From NCBI GenBank assembly GCA_025603075.1, contig MU626260.1:248001-312000 (forward strand): 64,000 bases of DNA, read 5' to 3'. Each line of letters opens with the position of its first letter. The first letter of the stretch is position 1. The notes under the pieces were generated by a model. That model saw nothing but the letters and a program-made list of their open reading frames with translations, was not told where the DNA came from and did not search any database. This stretch comes from Neoconidiobolus thromboides FSU 785 (taxonomy: Eukaryota; Fungi; Entomophthoromycota). Shown one piece after another: positions 26,411 through 40,804 of the stretch. The position numbers were made by a program, and so were the translations under genes.

Positions 26411-29181
26411 TTAATAAGAATTTAATATAGTTTTTAATTCTTCCATACGATTACTTGGTTCAATAACTTGAATATTACGAGCAGTGAATTTAACTCGAGT
26501 TTGATCCTATAAAGAAATTTAACAACTTGTTAATGTTATATTGTTATTGTTATAAAAACTTACAGCATAAGTATCTGGTTTACCAATTATATAAAACATA
26601 AATGGCTTAAATAATATATGACTAACGATTCGTTGTGGTTCATTAGTTTCATTCTATTTTAATAAGAAATTAATCAATTAATCATTGTTACTATTGTATA
26701 TTATAAACTTACTTTTCTTTGTTCAAATTCATTAGCTGAAAAACCTAACAAATTTACAGCTTGATCATGAAATAAATTGACCCAAATATCTTCATGAGAA
26801 TCCGATATAGAACAATTAATAATAAATCTAATTATTATTATAATAGTACCATTAATATATTATACATGTAAATTTATATACTATTATTACCTATAATCTG
26901 GATTTTCAAAATTACGATTACATTTAGCACAATACCAACCGTCTGAAGATTCAATTACTTTTTTATTACAATTCTCTGATGGACATGCTGGATAAGTTGC
27001 ACCATCTTTAATTTTTGTAATCCATGCAATACAACTAAATTTTTCGGGCTAAATTAAATAAAACAAAATTAATTTAATGTATATTACTGTTATTATTTAA
27101 ATATAAACTTACATTATTTCTACCGAATTCATTATCATTTTTAATAATATCCAACTGTTTTATTTCACAATTACCCATATCCATACCACCCATATTATTA
27201 TTGGCTAAAGTTCTAAAATTAGTATTATTATTATTACTGTTATACCTAATAAAAACAAAAATAAATTAAACGTTAATAATGATTATTTGGTTATTTTTAA
27301 TAATCAAAATTACCAATGTTTTAATTCATAAGCTTGATTGATTTCTGGATTAATATTTACAATACTTGTTCCGACAGTTGACAAACTTTTGCCTTGAAAT
27401 TCCCCAATCTTGACAGAATGTAATGCAACTATATCTCCAATAGTACCATTAAAGCTAGTTGCTAATTCATTCCATAATGTGAATTTAATACTTGTTGCTG
27501 AAGAATCAACTAATGTCATTTCTCTTTTTTTAAACTAAACAAATTATAAGTAATAGATACTATTTTTAGTAATTATTGTTAATAAATTTAACTTACTTCT
27601 TTATTTTGTTTAGCTGACGTAAATTCAATAATGTCACTAATATCCGTAATTACTCCAATAACATCTAAATATAAATTGATTTAATATACTGTATTATATT
27701 TTATTGTATTATTTATTATTATTATATTATGTATTATTACCAACAATGGAATTGACATCTTTTAATTCAATATCAGAAATAGGTATGAATTCATAATGAA
27801 CTTTAACTTGATGTTCTTCGTCACACTAAAAAAATAAAAATAAATGAATGATTATGTATTAAATAAAATTTACCTTAATAGCTTCTGAAACCGAAGTAAA
27901 AGTTAATTCATAATCATTCTTTAATGTCGAATATTTTTTATTAGCTTGTCCAATTCTTAAATTACTAATATAATAGCTCTAAATATATAAATATTATATT
28001 GATATAACACTAATGATAATCATTTACCTTATTAACTTCTAACAAAGAACCAAATTTATCACATTGTTCATTAAATGCAGTAGCTCGAATTTCCCCACTA
28101 TCATCCATAAAATGAATATTAATTAATCTACCTGGCCCTTTGGCATTATTGTATTGTCGTATATCCCCTTTGAAAGAAACTACTGCTTTAATTGTCCATC
28201 TTATTTTATAATAAATAAACAACAAAATGAATAAACAAAACAAAATAAATTACTTATTCTGAAATGGATTTAAATTTGAAATTGGTATAATTCTCATACC
28301 CTCCGGAATAGAATCATTTATATTACTATAACGTTAATTTTAGTTAATTTAATTATATCTATTTACTTTCAATATTTACCTGTTTTGATTCATATTTGGA
28401 TTAGAATTATTGTTAAAACTTTGATTATTATTACTATTAAAACTTTGATTAAAGCTATTGTTATGATTATTTTCTTGTTTAGGCGTTGGATTATTAATAT
28501 TGTTATTTAAATTCGGTTGAAAATTTTGAATAGGATTTTGCATCCCAGCTACCTGTGGATGGGCATTATTATTAGGATTATTATTAATGGCTGGATCTTC
28601 TAAAATATGACCTGGATTATATAAAGCATTAACTTCACGAATAATGATATATCTATTCATTGAATATTATTAATATCAACAATTAAAATTAAATAGTCAT
28701 TATTTTATCTTCTAATTACCTTTTTCCATTAAAATCAGCAAATTGTCCATTAACTAAATGAATTAATAAATAATTTTGGATGTAGCCGGAATGTAATTTT
28801 TCATTTAATTCGACTGAGAAGTAAACTAAATAAAATTAAAAAAAATATTAGTTTTAATCCATTTACTATCATTTAGCCAATTTTCTTACCTTGAATTTTA
28901 CTTTCGCCATCCCAACAAAGAGCTCTAATTGTTTTTTAAAAAAATAGTTAATTAATTGATATTCAATAAAAGGATATATATTATAATTTGGCTTAGTTTA
29001 GTTTAATTCAATCTAATAATACTCACTTATATCTTTTATTTGGATCATTATCATTAGCACCTTGATTATTTTTAATAGAAACTACTTGTAAAATAACTTG
29101 GCCTGGATAATCTTCAAAGATACCATTACCGCTAGCCGAAAATTTACCAAACCCTTTACTAAGTTGATATTGTTGATTCAT
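26411..29181 (-). CDS. RFA1: Replication protein A 70-kDa subunit (multi-exon)
   Basis: LNPFQ|NKWTIKA, GEIRATAFN, SIKFTLWNE, VKIGEFQGKSLS, and a C-terminal zinc ribbon (YPACPSENCNKKV). Confidence 0.93.
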
Positions 29182-29574
29182 TTTTTTAAAATTTAATAAT
29201 ATTATTAAAAGAAAGTTGAATTTTAAAGATGGTACTTTCTCAATTTTATTGATTTTGATTTTTTCATAGATTTGAAAGCTTTTTGAGTTGTGTTTCTGGA
29301 TCTTGTTTGTTTGATTGGTGAATATATTCTAAACTAGAATCGGATTGATTCAAATTCAGTGCAACGTGTTAGATTTAAGCAATGTAATTTACTATATTAA
29401 AACACGTAATAAAGATATATGGAAAGTGTTAAAAGACTAAGCTAGGAAATCAATGTAATTTATTTAATATATATTACTAAAGATAAGTTGATTTATATAA
29501 AATAGAATTAACAGTATAAAACTCAACAAAATAAACTGTAAAAATGAATAAAAAAAGATTGATATTTATTTGAG

Positions 29575-32500
29575 TTATAAAAAGAGTACTTGATCAATCC
29601 CAAAACCTCTTCGTACTTGAATAGCAGCTAATATTTCTTTAATACATTCTTGTAAGATAAGTACATTATCTAAAAAGATTGTATGATTTTTAAATTCAAC
29701 ATCCAATTCTTTATTTTGAAATAATTGAGTAAATGAATGATGCATTGAAGGAGAAGGTGGTGGATTGGGAGTTGAAATGGCTTCCAAAAAGGAGAATTTC
29801 CTTTGGGGTTTATTTTGTTGTTTTTGTTGAACTGAAGATAAATCTTTTGTGTTTTGATTATAAGATAATGATAATGTACGCTGAATAAAAGAAGTAGTTG
29901 ATTGAGATTGTTTATCAATATGTTCTTGTTGTTGTAATGGGGAATTATGTAAATTTAATGTATCATAGTTACCTCCCATAATAGCTGAAGTTTGTTTATC
30001 AAAATTAAATAAGTTTAATTGCTTTCGACGTTCTTCTAACCAAAGATCAAATTTATTATTTTTAATTCGAAATTCATCGACTTGTTGTGCTAATTGATTT
30101 AAGATATCAAATAAAGGTGGTGGTGGACATGGTATTTGTTGTATTTTTAATAAGTTATTTTCTTCTTCTTCTTCATCTTCAGAATCTGAAATAAAACCTT
30201 CTAATGGATTAACTTCATAAACTTCTTCTTCTTCTTCAGAATCTTCTTTAGTTATATTAGTATCAATAGTTATTGATAATCCACTGCTCTTTTCTTTTTT
30301 AAATTTTGTTTGAGCAGGACTTAATTTTTGTTTAGATTGTTTATATTTAATCAAATTTAATTGAAAACAAACTAATTCGTCTAATTTAATATAAGGACAA
30401 CAAGCCAAACCAAACAACACATTAGACAATACTAAATTCAATTCACATGGATTATTAAAAAAATTAGATAGTAACTCTAATAAAATTTGTAATATTGGTT
30501 CATTTCTTTTTAAATGATGCTGCTGTAATGAATAATCATTTTCTTGTCTCCCATAATCTTTAACTAATTCAATTGTATTATTATTATTATTATTATTATT
30601 ATTTTTAATTAATATTGTATGTTGTCTTGTATGCCCTTTACTTTTAGCTTGTTCTTTTCGAATATGATTAGACAATTTATAATTATTATACATTGATTCT
30701 ACTTGTTTTATATAAGGTTCATAACCTGGTATAAAGCCGTCTTTATTAAATCTTGGATCCATATTATTAATTAATAAAAAATATGATTGAATTTCTTGAT
30801 GATGATTGCTAATAGTTGTATATGGTTTTTGTTTAAAATGATGAATTTTTTCTTTTTCTGCTTCTTCAAAAGTTGGAATTGTTGGTGATAATACTCTTGA
30901 AGTAGGTGGTAAGGTAACTGGTAAACAATTTTCTTGCCCTAATAATAATAATAAATACTGTGCATGTCCGTTAATTATTGTATTTAATAATTTTAAAGCA
31001 GAAATACTAGTTGGTATTGATTTGGATTGTAAATTATTAAATAATAAATCTTTTAAGTTAAAAGCTAAATGTGCTTTATTTTTATTTGCTTTCATTTCTC
31101 GAATACTATTTTCTGATAATATACTATTAGTTTCTGTATTTCTTCTTGCTCTTTCTTCTTTATTACTATTAAATGATTTGATAGAACTAGTTTCACTATT
31201 AGTCATTTTATCTTTATGTAAAATATCTTCTTCTTCACTATTAATAAGAAATCGAATAAATAAATCTACTAATTCACCATCCTTAAGTGTACTTAATATA
31301 ATTTCAATATACGAAATAACAGCAACAGCAGATCCATCTAAATCACTTGATTCCATCATCGAGTGGTATAAAATAGATTCTAAAAACACACTTTTAATAT
31401 CTGATAATAAAGCCATACAAATAGCTCTTGATGGACATCTTTGTAAAATATCTTGACAAAATTCTAATGTCTTTAAAAAAGAATCAATTAATATTTTAAA
31501 TTGAGGGGATGAAGACACTTGAAAATCATCTAATCCATCTTCATCATTTAACTCTTTACTACGTGTTAATTTAAATTGAATTCGATCCTCATCTACATAT
31601 TTAACTAATAATTTACGTGGTAATTGAGAATATAAAGCTCCTAACCCAGCTGATAAAATAGGACAAAGGTCCGAATGATATAATATATAATCTCTAAAAT
31701 TACCTCCTGCAACTTCAATTAGAAATAGCAATCCTGTTCTTGCATAATCTCCCGATTTCCCTTCTCTATGAACAAACCTTAACAAATAAGAAAATAATAA
31801 ACATTCATATTGTGGGCTATCATTTTCATTTAATATAATCTTTGGTTTAATGTCTTCATCATTGGTATATTCCCCAGTTAAGTTAGCAATTTCTTCTTTA
31901 TTTAATGGACTTCCTTGTTTTTGAGGGGTAGTTAACCATTTCTTATCGTAAAAAAAGATATTCAATAAAGGAGGAGAAGAGTGAATCTTTGAACAAAGAG
32001 TATATAATAAATCAATCAAATCATCCACATAAAAATTATTAAACTTATCCATTTGGTTATCAGTATCTTCCTTTATACAAAGTTTCAATAATTTTAACGT
32101 GGGTATATGAATTGGAGAATGAATTAAAAATTTAACGTCTAATAGGTTAACTAAAGTAGATACAAATCGAATAGTTTCACCACGAATACCCAATGGAAAA
32201 TCAGATTCTGATATATTGACTAAAATATTTAACACCCCATGTTTTAACATATATTCCATACAAGCTCCAGTTTGATCATCTTCTAATTTAATTTCTTCTT
32301 GTACTAAAGTATCGACCATTAATTTTAAATAACTAGGAATTTCTGTTAATTGAACATGTACTTTTCGATTCGGTTTTTGATCTTGAATAAAATAAGTACT
32401 CTATTGAAATTAGTTGTTAATGTTTAATAGGAATTTAAATAGCAGAATATTATAATAACTTACATGAATAAAAGTCCAGCAGGTATGAAATTTTTCTAAT

Positions 32501-32577
32501 TGCGCGCTAGAGCTTAATCTTCCACTCCCCTTACCACTTAAGCTTAGTTGTTTTTTTAATCGGTTGAACAGTTCCAT
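29575..32577 (-). CDS. FHIP/FAM160 (RAI16-like) subunit of the FTS-Hook-FHIP complex (3 exons)
   Basis: GACMEYMLKHGVL..L, FVHREGKSGDYARTGLL, FFNNPCELNLVL, NVLILQECIKEILAAIQVR. Start exon MELFNRLKK at 32577. Confidence 0.8.
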
Positions 32578-33685
32578 TATTTTAATAAAACTATAGATTA
32601 GATTGAGTGTTGTTTTTTAAAAAAGTTAGAGCCACACGTTGAATTTTATTGGTTCAAAATCCAATTACTATTAATTTGGAATTCTTTTTGAAAGGGTATA
32701 AATTATCTAATTTAATTACTCAAATATTGTCCAATATGCTTAATTTCAATGTCTACAGGGCTGATATTTGTAAAATAGATTTGGTAACAATGCTTTTTTT
32801 ATAAAAACGGAGTTATTTAAAATGTTGCTTTTATAATAATTTTAGCAATTTTCATTAGTTTTTTAAAAATAAAGGACCATTTTTACCCCTAATGACCGGT
32901 TGGTTTATTTAATGAAAAAAAATGGTATATGGCAATTCTTTTTTTAATTCAAGATAAAAGCGTCTTGTGTATTTTAGTTTAAAGAGAAGAGATTTATTAA
33001 CAAGAGGTTTATGGAGAATACTATATTTTATTGAGATAAATTAGAGCTGAAATTGAAAATTTCCTCCAAAACATCTTATCACACTTATTTTCAAATAATA
33101 GTAATAAAAAAGCGTTATCAAAACGATATAACGAGAACAGTCAAATAATATCGAACAAACGTAATTTAAAAAATACTTAACTATTATTTAAATTTAAAAG
33201 AAACAATTATCACCTAAAGTTAGCAAAATAAGTAGTATACATCATTTATTAAATATTAATATCTAAAGCTTATTTAATAAAACTAAATGGTATCGTTGAT
33301 AGAATATAAAATTAACAAATATTCCCATATGCTACATCTCGAGCCTTTAGTCAAACAAGTTTTAGTATTGCTGCTGTATCTTTTAATGTTTTTTTCCTCT
33401 CAACTAATACATTTCTATTAATAAACATATCTAATGATTTGATCTTCGTAGTTGAATCTATTGTCCCTTGTGATGACCTTGATGTTGTAATAATTACTTA
33501 GCTTAACCTACATTCCTCCGAAAAAATAAAAATAAAAGGAACTTACTAATATACTACTATTGATACACTTAAATTAAATATCGCTTTTTTTAACTTATAG
33601 CCTTTGAAATACTTTAAATAAGATTTCCCTTTATTAGGTATTCGATAAGAAATACTAAAGATAAAGTACTCCAATCGAAGAATAT

Positions 33686-34408
<723 letters not shown>

Positions 34409-34954
34409 TTTGTACTAAATACTTGTTGAGATATCAAAAGGAGGATTTGTTCACTTCTTCCCAATAATTATATTTCGTCCCTTATTTACTAGAAATTTGA
34501 TTCTAGTTAGCAGACAAATTGACTTTTTTGGTAACTCGCTTTTGATTCGTTCCCAATATTTAGCTAGTTTTATTTTTTTACTAAAGCTTGAATATAAAAT
34601 CAATATTATTAATTTTAAAAAATAGATTAGTACTAATAAAATACTATAATTTAAAATAAACGTTAACGTATATTTTGTTTACTGTATAAATTATTTAAAA
34701 AAATGAAAAAATGCCAATATATAAACTACTAAATAAGCTGTTAAAAAAAATTAATATATATTTCATAAAACAATAGTAATTAACAGTTCAATGATAGCTT
34801 TTTTGTTATTGGAATTTCAATACATTTACTTGATACTTTTTTGATCATATCTATTACATAAAAATATTAAACAATGTACCATAACTCTAACATAGAGCAA
34901 CTAACGTAAAATGTATATAAAAAGTCACGTATAAAAGAGTTTGACAACAAAAAA

Positions 34955-35026
34955 GATCTTAATAGAGAATTGAACCCTAGACCTCTTACACCCAAAGTGA
35001 GAATCACACCAATAAGCTATTTAATA
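34955..35026 (-). pseudogene. tRNA-Pro(TGG) pseudogene
   Basis: The 3' 56 nt align ungapped to the tRNA-Pro at 18670 with 11 differences; acceptor and anticodon stems are disrupted. Confidence 0.85.
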
Positions 35027-35145
35027 ACCTATTTCAGTTTATTAATAAATATATAAACATCTTTTATCCTAGTTTCCTATGCTTTAGTAGCAACCTAATC
35101 CATTTAATTGATCTTTAGTTAATTTATAAAAATTAACTTTTTAAT

Positions 35146-35241
35146 GAGGATGTATTTTTTTGAGGAATTTTACTAATAATCGTTCCGCTCAAGTAGCACT
35201 TAAAAAATGAAAAAAGTAATGAAACCAAAAAAAACATCACC
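35146..35241 (+). mobile_element. MITE copy (orientation A)
   Basis: TAAT|GAGGATG...ACATCACC. Confidence 0.85.
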
Positions 35242-35568
35242 AATATTAATTAGATTTCTTAATATATGTACTTTTCTTTCTTATTCTATAATGTTATGTG
35301 CGATTTCGTTTTTAGGGGTTATTGGTATATTTCAATACCTGTGCGCTGTTCGAATAATAAAAGTTAACATTTTGAATATTTTTATTGAAAATAGTTTAAT
35401 ATGTTGAAATAGAATAAATTGTTAAATATATAATAGAGTGCTGAAAATAAAATAAAAACAATTGATTAGGTGAATAACATAAAATTAATTGATATTGAAT
35501 TATTAAATGCTATATTTACAATCGAAGTTAAATAAATTGATTTTAAGGCATGTAAGAATGTAAGATAT

Positions 35569-35666
35569 AGGGATGTATTTTTGTGTTCAAGAATTTTACT
35601 AACGAATTTTCCGCTCAAATAGCGCTTAAAAAATGGAAAAATAATGAAGTAAAAAAAAACACTCCC
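35569..35666 (+). mobile_element. MITE copy (orientation A)
   Basis: ATAT|AGGGATG...ACACTCCC|ATAT. Confidence 0.9.
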
Positions 35667-35857
35667 ATATAAATCTCTAAATATAACAATTAAAAATTCT
35701 AAAATAAGCTTCTCATTTATCTCTTTTATCAGAGTTTCTATTGCCATATAATTGAAAAAATATAAAGTTGCTCATTTTAAATCCAATTAAGCGTGAAGTA
35801 TGGAATTTAATAACATCTCATTTACAATGTTTAATAAGTTCATTGATGTTATTAAAT

Positions 35858-35952
35858 GAGGATATTTTTGGCTTCATTATTTTTTCCATCTTTTAAGTAC
35901 TGTTTAAGTGGAAAATTGTTGGTAAAATTCTTAAACACAAAAATCCATCCCC
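35858..35952 (-). mobile_element. MITE copy (orientation B)
   Basis: AAAT|GAGGATA...CATCCCC|AAAT, a non-palindromic direct repeat. Confidence 0.88.
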
Positions 35953-36829
35953 AAATGTTTACTAAACTTTTCGTTTAGTGTAGGGCATAAATTTCAGCCC
36001 ATTGGGTTCCAAAAATTAATCCAGCTCTTAGATTAAAACTTATAAAAGATCTTAAGAGGCTAATTTAAGACACATCGCCATGTGACTTTCAGGCTAATTC
36101 GCTTTTATGAAGCTATCAAACCACAAGAACTTGAACGTTGTCCTCATTAGTATTATCTCATGTCTTCTTTAGTCATACAAAGGATTGAGTTTGTTGTTTC
36201 CATAGTCATACCGTTAGACCATTAAACCTCACTAATAGTTATAATAAAACTATAAAAATCCTTTACATAAAAAATATTATAAGTTATAATAGTTTATTTC
36301 AATTAAAATGAAACTAATGTTATTATAATGTCTGTCTATATTAAAGTTTTTAAATTATTCTTTAATCTAATATAGTACATGTAATATTGCTAATGTTAAC
36401 ATTCGCTGCTTTTGATTGTTAAAATTAGCCCTCTTTCTTTTTAAAGCTATATAATAACATATAACGTTTTTATTAATACCAGCTTTCAAAAAAAAACATT
36501 AAATCCTATTCTCATATTAATATTTAACTTTCACTTAGTTTCAATAATCGAATAAATTAGCAAATAATTTGGTCAATAATTTTTATTTTTTTTAAAAATT
36601 TTAATTTCTATTAAATTTTTGACCTAAAATTTAATAAGGTAATTTATTTATACCTACCTTAATAAAACTATGTATAATTTCTATTATTATAATAATGGAG
36701 CTCATATCTTTCTGAAAGCTTCCAATAGTATTATAATAAATAAGATATTTTATAAAAATAGCCTAGTAAAAGTTTCATTATTTATTTACTAAAATAATGT
36801 AATCAATGGCATTATAACAAAAAACACAT

Positions 36830-36926
36830 GAAGATGTATTTTTTTGTTTAAGGATTTTGCTAACAATTTTTGCACTCAAATAGCGCTTAAAAGATGGGAA
36901 GTGATGAAGCCAAAAAAAACGAGCCC
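36830..36926 (+). mobile_element. MITE copy (orientation A)
   Basis: ACAT|GAAGATG...GAGCCC|ATAT. Confidence 0.82.
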
Positions 36927-37130
36927 ATATTTTATAAACTACTTTAATCCATCAGTACTCGTTTATTTTAGATTATTCGTCATAATAACAGTATAGTTTA
37001 AGGCATTAAATTGTGAAACTTCAGAACAAGAAGATAGGCAGAAGAGTTGAATAGGAAGTAGATAATCAAGGTATAAATTTTGATGGACTAACAAAGACCA
37101 TTGGATATTCCTAGTCTAACATAACAATAT

Positions 37131-37228
37131 GAGAGCATTTTTTTGACTTCATTACTTTTTCCATTTTTTAAGTGCTATTTAAGTAGAAAATTTGTTAGTG
37201 AAATTCTTAAATACAAAAATATATCCCT
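37131..37228 (-). mobile_element. MITE copy (orientation B)
   Basis: ATAT|GAGAGCA...ATATCCCT|ATAC. Confidence 0.85.
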
Positions 37229-38190
37229 ATACCCTATTTTTACTTAATTTTAATTAAAACGCTTTATACAAATCTAGGATAGTTTGAAATAATATATTTA
37301 TTATAATAATAAAATTATTATAAAATCAATTACGGATGTTATTATATTTATTATATTGTGGAGTTAGTTATAATCTTTGATTCATTCAATTGAATCAACT
37401 CATGTGTCAAATATTTAAAACAATATTTATAACCAATATTTAGTATTATGTCCTATTTTAACTATAACTATTTAATTGTACAAATTTAAACATTAATGAA
37501 ATAATCAAGTGCTTTTGTAGAGTTAACCAAAATAATAGGATCAAATATATTAAGGTTTCAATTTAAAATACCTTTATTTCTATTGTAATTATTTAATTAT
37601 ATTGTTTATTAATACGATTATTATTATTCAAGCTATTTATTTATTTATACATTATTAAAAGTAAATAAGATATTTTCATAAAGAGATAATAAAAGATGAA
37701 CTGTATTAAATTATTATAGGATAATAAATTAAAAGTGGTTATTATATAATTAAATTGTTATTGTAAAATAGTTTTTATAATGACATGGGGTCTAGTAATA
37801 AAATATATGATATAATGATTCTGACAACGTATTTTATCATATTAGTTATATTATTACTTTTACTAATAATTACTAGTCAATCATTATTTCTGATTTTTTT
37901 AAAAATAGATTATTTCATAAATAATATCATATATTAATCTATTATAAAGTCCATAGTCAAAATAAACTATAAATTCTCTGGCATTTTTCTTGGTATTTGG
38001 GGCTTTTAAACTTTATTGGGAGATGTTCTTAAGGCTTTAGGTCACTAATAAATTATTATTAAAAAAGAGATAATAAAAATGGAAATTATGAAATTAAAAA
38101 ACAGAATTCAAATTCAAATATTGTTAACTTTGTTTTCTTTTTTAAATTTAAAAAGCTTCCTTTTTTCTTATCCTTTGTTTGTTTTAAATA

Positions 38191-39495
38191 ATGTCGATTA
38201 TTCAATTTCAATTTTATATATTTTTATTTTTATGGCAGGCCATTATTAACACACAAATAGTCCCATTGTCTAGAGGTTATTGTATATTAATGAAGAATCA
38301 AATTTATTATTTAGGTGGTAGTACAAGTAATAATAATAAAGAAATGGAATCAAATAAAAATGTATATGCTTTGGATTTAAGTCAGCCAATTCATTTAAAC
38401 AATAATCAAGCGCCATGGAAGAAAATAAATAGCAAAATAAATCAAACAGTTGATTGGGATGGAAGTCGAATTCTAACTAAAGATGAAGACAAAATATTGA
38501 GTTTTGGTGGCTCCGTAAAAAACATTAGTTTCTTTAATGAATTAAATATAAAAAATATGAGTTTAACTATTTTAAATAAAGAGTCTTTGAAATTACCAGG
38601 TATTCAACAAGATATTCATACTATTATTCAGCCTAATTTAGTACAGCATAATAATTTTGCTTATTTATTTGGTGGTATAATAATTAATAAACGATCGGAA
38701 AGGGAGACAATTAATGGCCTATATCAATATAATATTACAAAAAAAAGTTGGATGAAATTACAATTGAGCTTAAATAATAAATATGGAACCGATTCAGTTT
38801 ATATTAATAATACCATCTACTCTGTTGGAGGGTATAAAGAGGGTAAACGCGTGAAATTAGATACAATTGATATCATAAAATTTGATAAAACAATTAGTTT
38901 AAGTAACCATAATTTAACAGGAGATATACCAAAATCAACTGCTTACACTGCCGTTTTTGGCGACAATTTTATGTATTTGATAGCATCCGATGATAGCTTT
39001 AAACAAGAGAATGAACTTTATATATTAAATCTGATAACATTAACATGGCAAAAAGTACAAATTGAAAACTTACAATTAAGACCCATGGCATGTACAATTG
39101 TTTATAAGAATTTCATCATACATTCTTTTGGTGGTGGTATGAATGATGGAATGGATCAAACTCAAATTATAGATATCAATACATTAACTAAAGTATATTC
39201 AACAAACAATACACTTAATAATCCAACTAGAGATATAGCAAATAATACTAATAATAATGTAACAATAGTGGATTCAAATTATCAAAAAGCATTGATTGGT
39301 GGAATTGTTGGAACTATTGTTTTCATTGGACTGGTTGGATTGGGTTTAGCTTTTTATTATAGGAAAGTTAATGAGAATAAACATTACAACAAGATAATTA
39401 AACTACCAACTAATGATGACTTTGAAACACCGCCTGATTATGCCCCTCTTTCTAACCTAGAAACCCCTTACTTTACTCCTAAACTTAAATTGTAA
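38191..39495 (+). CDS. Kelch-repeat type I membrane protein (signal peptide, kelch repeats, one TM, short tail), intronless
   Basis: Hydrophobic N-terminus; YYLGG, LSFGG, YLFGG, YSVGG and HSFGG repeats; TM ALIGGIVGTIVFIGLVGLGLAFYY followed by RK. Confidence 0.75.
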   Translation: MSIIQFQFYIFLFLWQAIINTQIVPLSRGYCILMKNQIYYLGGSTSNNNKEMESNKNVYALDLSQPIHLNNNQAPWKKINSKINQTVDWDGSRILTKDEDKILSFGGSVKNISFFNELNIKNMSLTILNKESLKLPGIQQDIHTIIQPNLVQHNNFAYLFGGIIINKRSERETINGLYQYNITKKSWMKLQLSLNNKYGTDSVYINNTIYSVGGYKEGKRVKLDTIDIIKFDKTISLSNHNLTGDIPKSTAYTAVFGDNFMYLIASDDSFKQENELYILNLITLTWQKVQIENLQLRPMACTIVYKNFIIHSFGGGMNDGMDQTQIIDINTLTKVYSTNNTLNNPTRDIANNTNNNVTIVDSNYQKALIGGIVGTIVFIGLVGLGLAFYYRKVNENKHYNKIIKLPTNDDFETPPDYAPLSNLETPYFTPKLKL

Positions 39496-39607
39496 TTTAT
39501 CTTATAAAGTTTTATTATTATTAAAAAAAAATAATTAATATAAAATAAGTGTAACTTCAAATATAAGCTTTGATTAGAATTAAAGTATTTTATTATTTTT
39601 GTTGAAT

Positions 39608-40300
39608 TTATTTGGAAGTAATGACTAATTCGAGGAACTAAATAATAATAATTAAAATTACTTTAAAATAAATAGTAAAATTATTTACATCTTCATAACG
39701 AATTTGAATAACACCATCCGAATCTGTATCGAAACGACGGAAAGAGTCTGTTAACATTTTAATAGTAACACAAACCTATAAAAAGCAATAAGCAACAATC
39801 CTATAAAAGCAATCAAATCAATAAAAACAATTTCTTACTTGAATAAAGTTATCAAAGGTGATGTCGCCTTTTGATTTACGGTCAAATTTTTTAATTAGGA
39901 GACCAACAAAACGCTCCGATAAATTATAACCAAAGGTGCGTAAAGCCATTGATAACTCTTGTTTATCAATAGTACCTGAACGATCCCTATCAAAAGATTG
40001 AAAGCATTGTTTCCATTGCTCAATATACTGCCAAAGCCCTTGAAACTCATTAAACCCAATGGTACCACTTTGATCTTGATCAAACATATTCACCATTAAT
40101 CGTACAGTTTCAATATTAAATGGGGACCAATCGCCTGATTAAAGAGGTTGATTTTAAAAACTCGATGTTCTTTAATTAAACTATATAAAATTACCATTAA
40201 TTAATGCTTTTTGTAATTCTTCAGCTGTAAGTTGACCAGATTTATCAGTATCAACTGCTTGAAACCATTGCCATAATTGTTGTGGATTATTTTGGCTCAT
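39608..40300 (-). CDS. PEF1: Penta-EF-hand protein Pef1/peflin-ALG-2 family (multi-exon)
   Basis: WFQAVDTDKSGQLTAEELQKALIN|GDWSPFNIETVRLMVNMFDQDQSGTIGFNEF, FDRDRSGTID, FRRFDTDSDG. Confidence 0.9.
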
Positions 40301-40516
40301 TATTTTTATCTATTAATAATTAATAAAATTTGATCTAGCTTGTTCTTGTACTTATTTTACCTTCGATTTTTAAAAAAAAGCTAACCAGTAAATTTTGAAT
40401 TCATACATATCTAAGAGTCAATCAATGAATGACACAATAATAGAGTAATCAGTTTATTTTCCTTGACAGTTTTCGTGTTATATATTTTTTTACTGTTGAT
40501 TCGAACAAATAGAAAG

Positions 40517-40588
40517 TCTCGGGTAGTATAGTGGTGAGTATCCCCGCCTGTCACGCGGGAGACCGGGGTTCAATTCCCCGCTCGAGAG
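40517..40588 (+). tRNA. tRNA-Asp(GTC)
   Basis: Acceptor TCTCGGG/CTCGAGA, anticodon arm CCCGC-CTGTCAC-GCGGG, T loop GGTTCAATTCC. Confidence 0.95.
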
Positions 40589-40804
40589 TCTTCTTTTTAA
40601 AACTTAAATTGTAAAAATAACATTCTTATAATATTTCAACAGATATCAACGTGTTTCATTTTCAGTCTACGATTCTTCATCGCTTGTTTATTAGTTATAC
40701 CATCAATAATCTAAAATTTCAAAGATGTCCTAGTATTGCTACAAATAATTTTACCATTTCGTTCATTTTCTATCCAACATAAAATTTTAAAACATTATAT
40801 ACGA

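Noticed and set aside
36120-36232. Minus-strand tRNA-like 5' half (GGTTTAATGGTCTAACGGTATGAC) with a loose B box
   Set aside because: No anticodon stem and no acceptor pairing; it cannot be folded as a tRNA, with or without an intron.
40630-40790. Minus-strand MKHVDI resembling the copia RNase H motif TKHIDI
   Set aside because: A single short motif with stops and no other supporting motifs.
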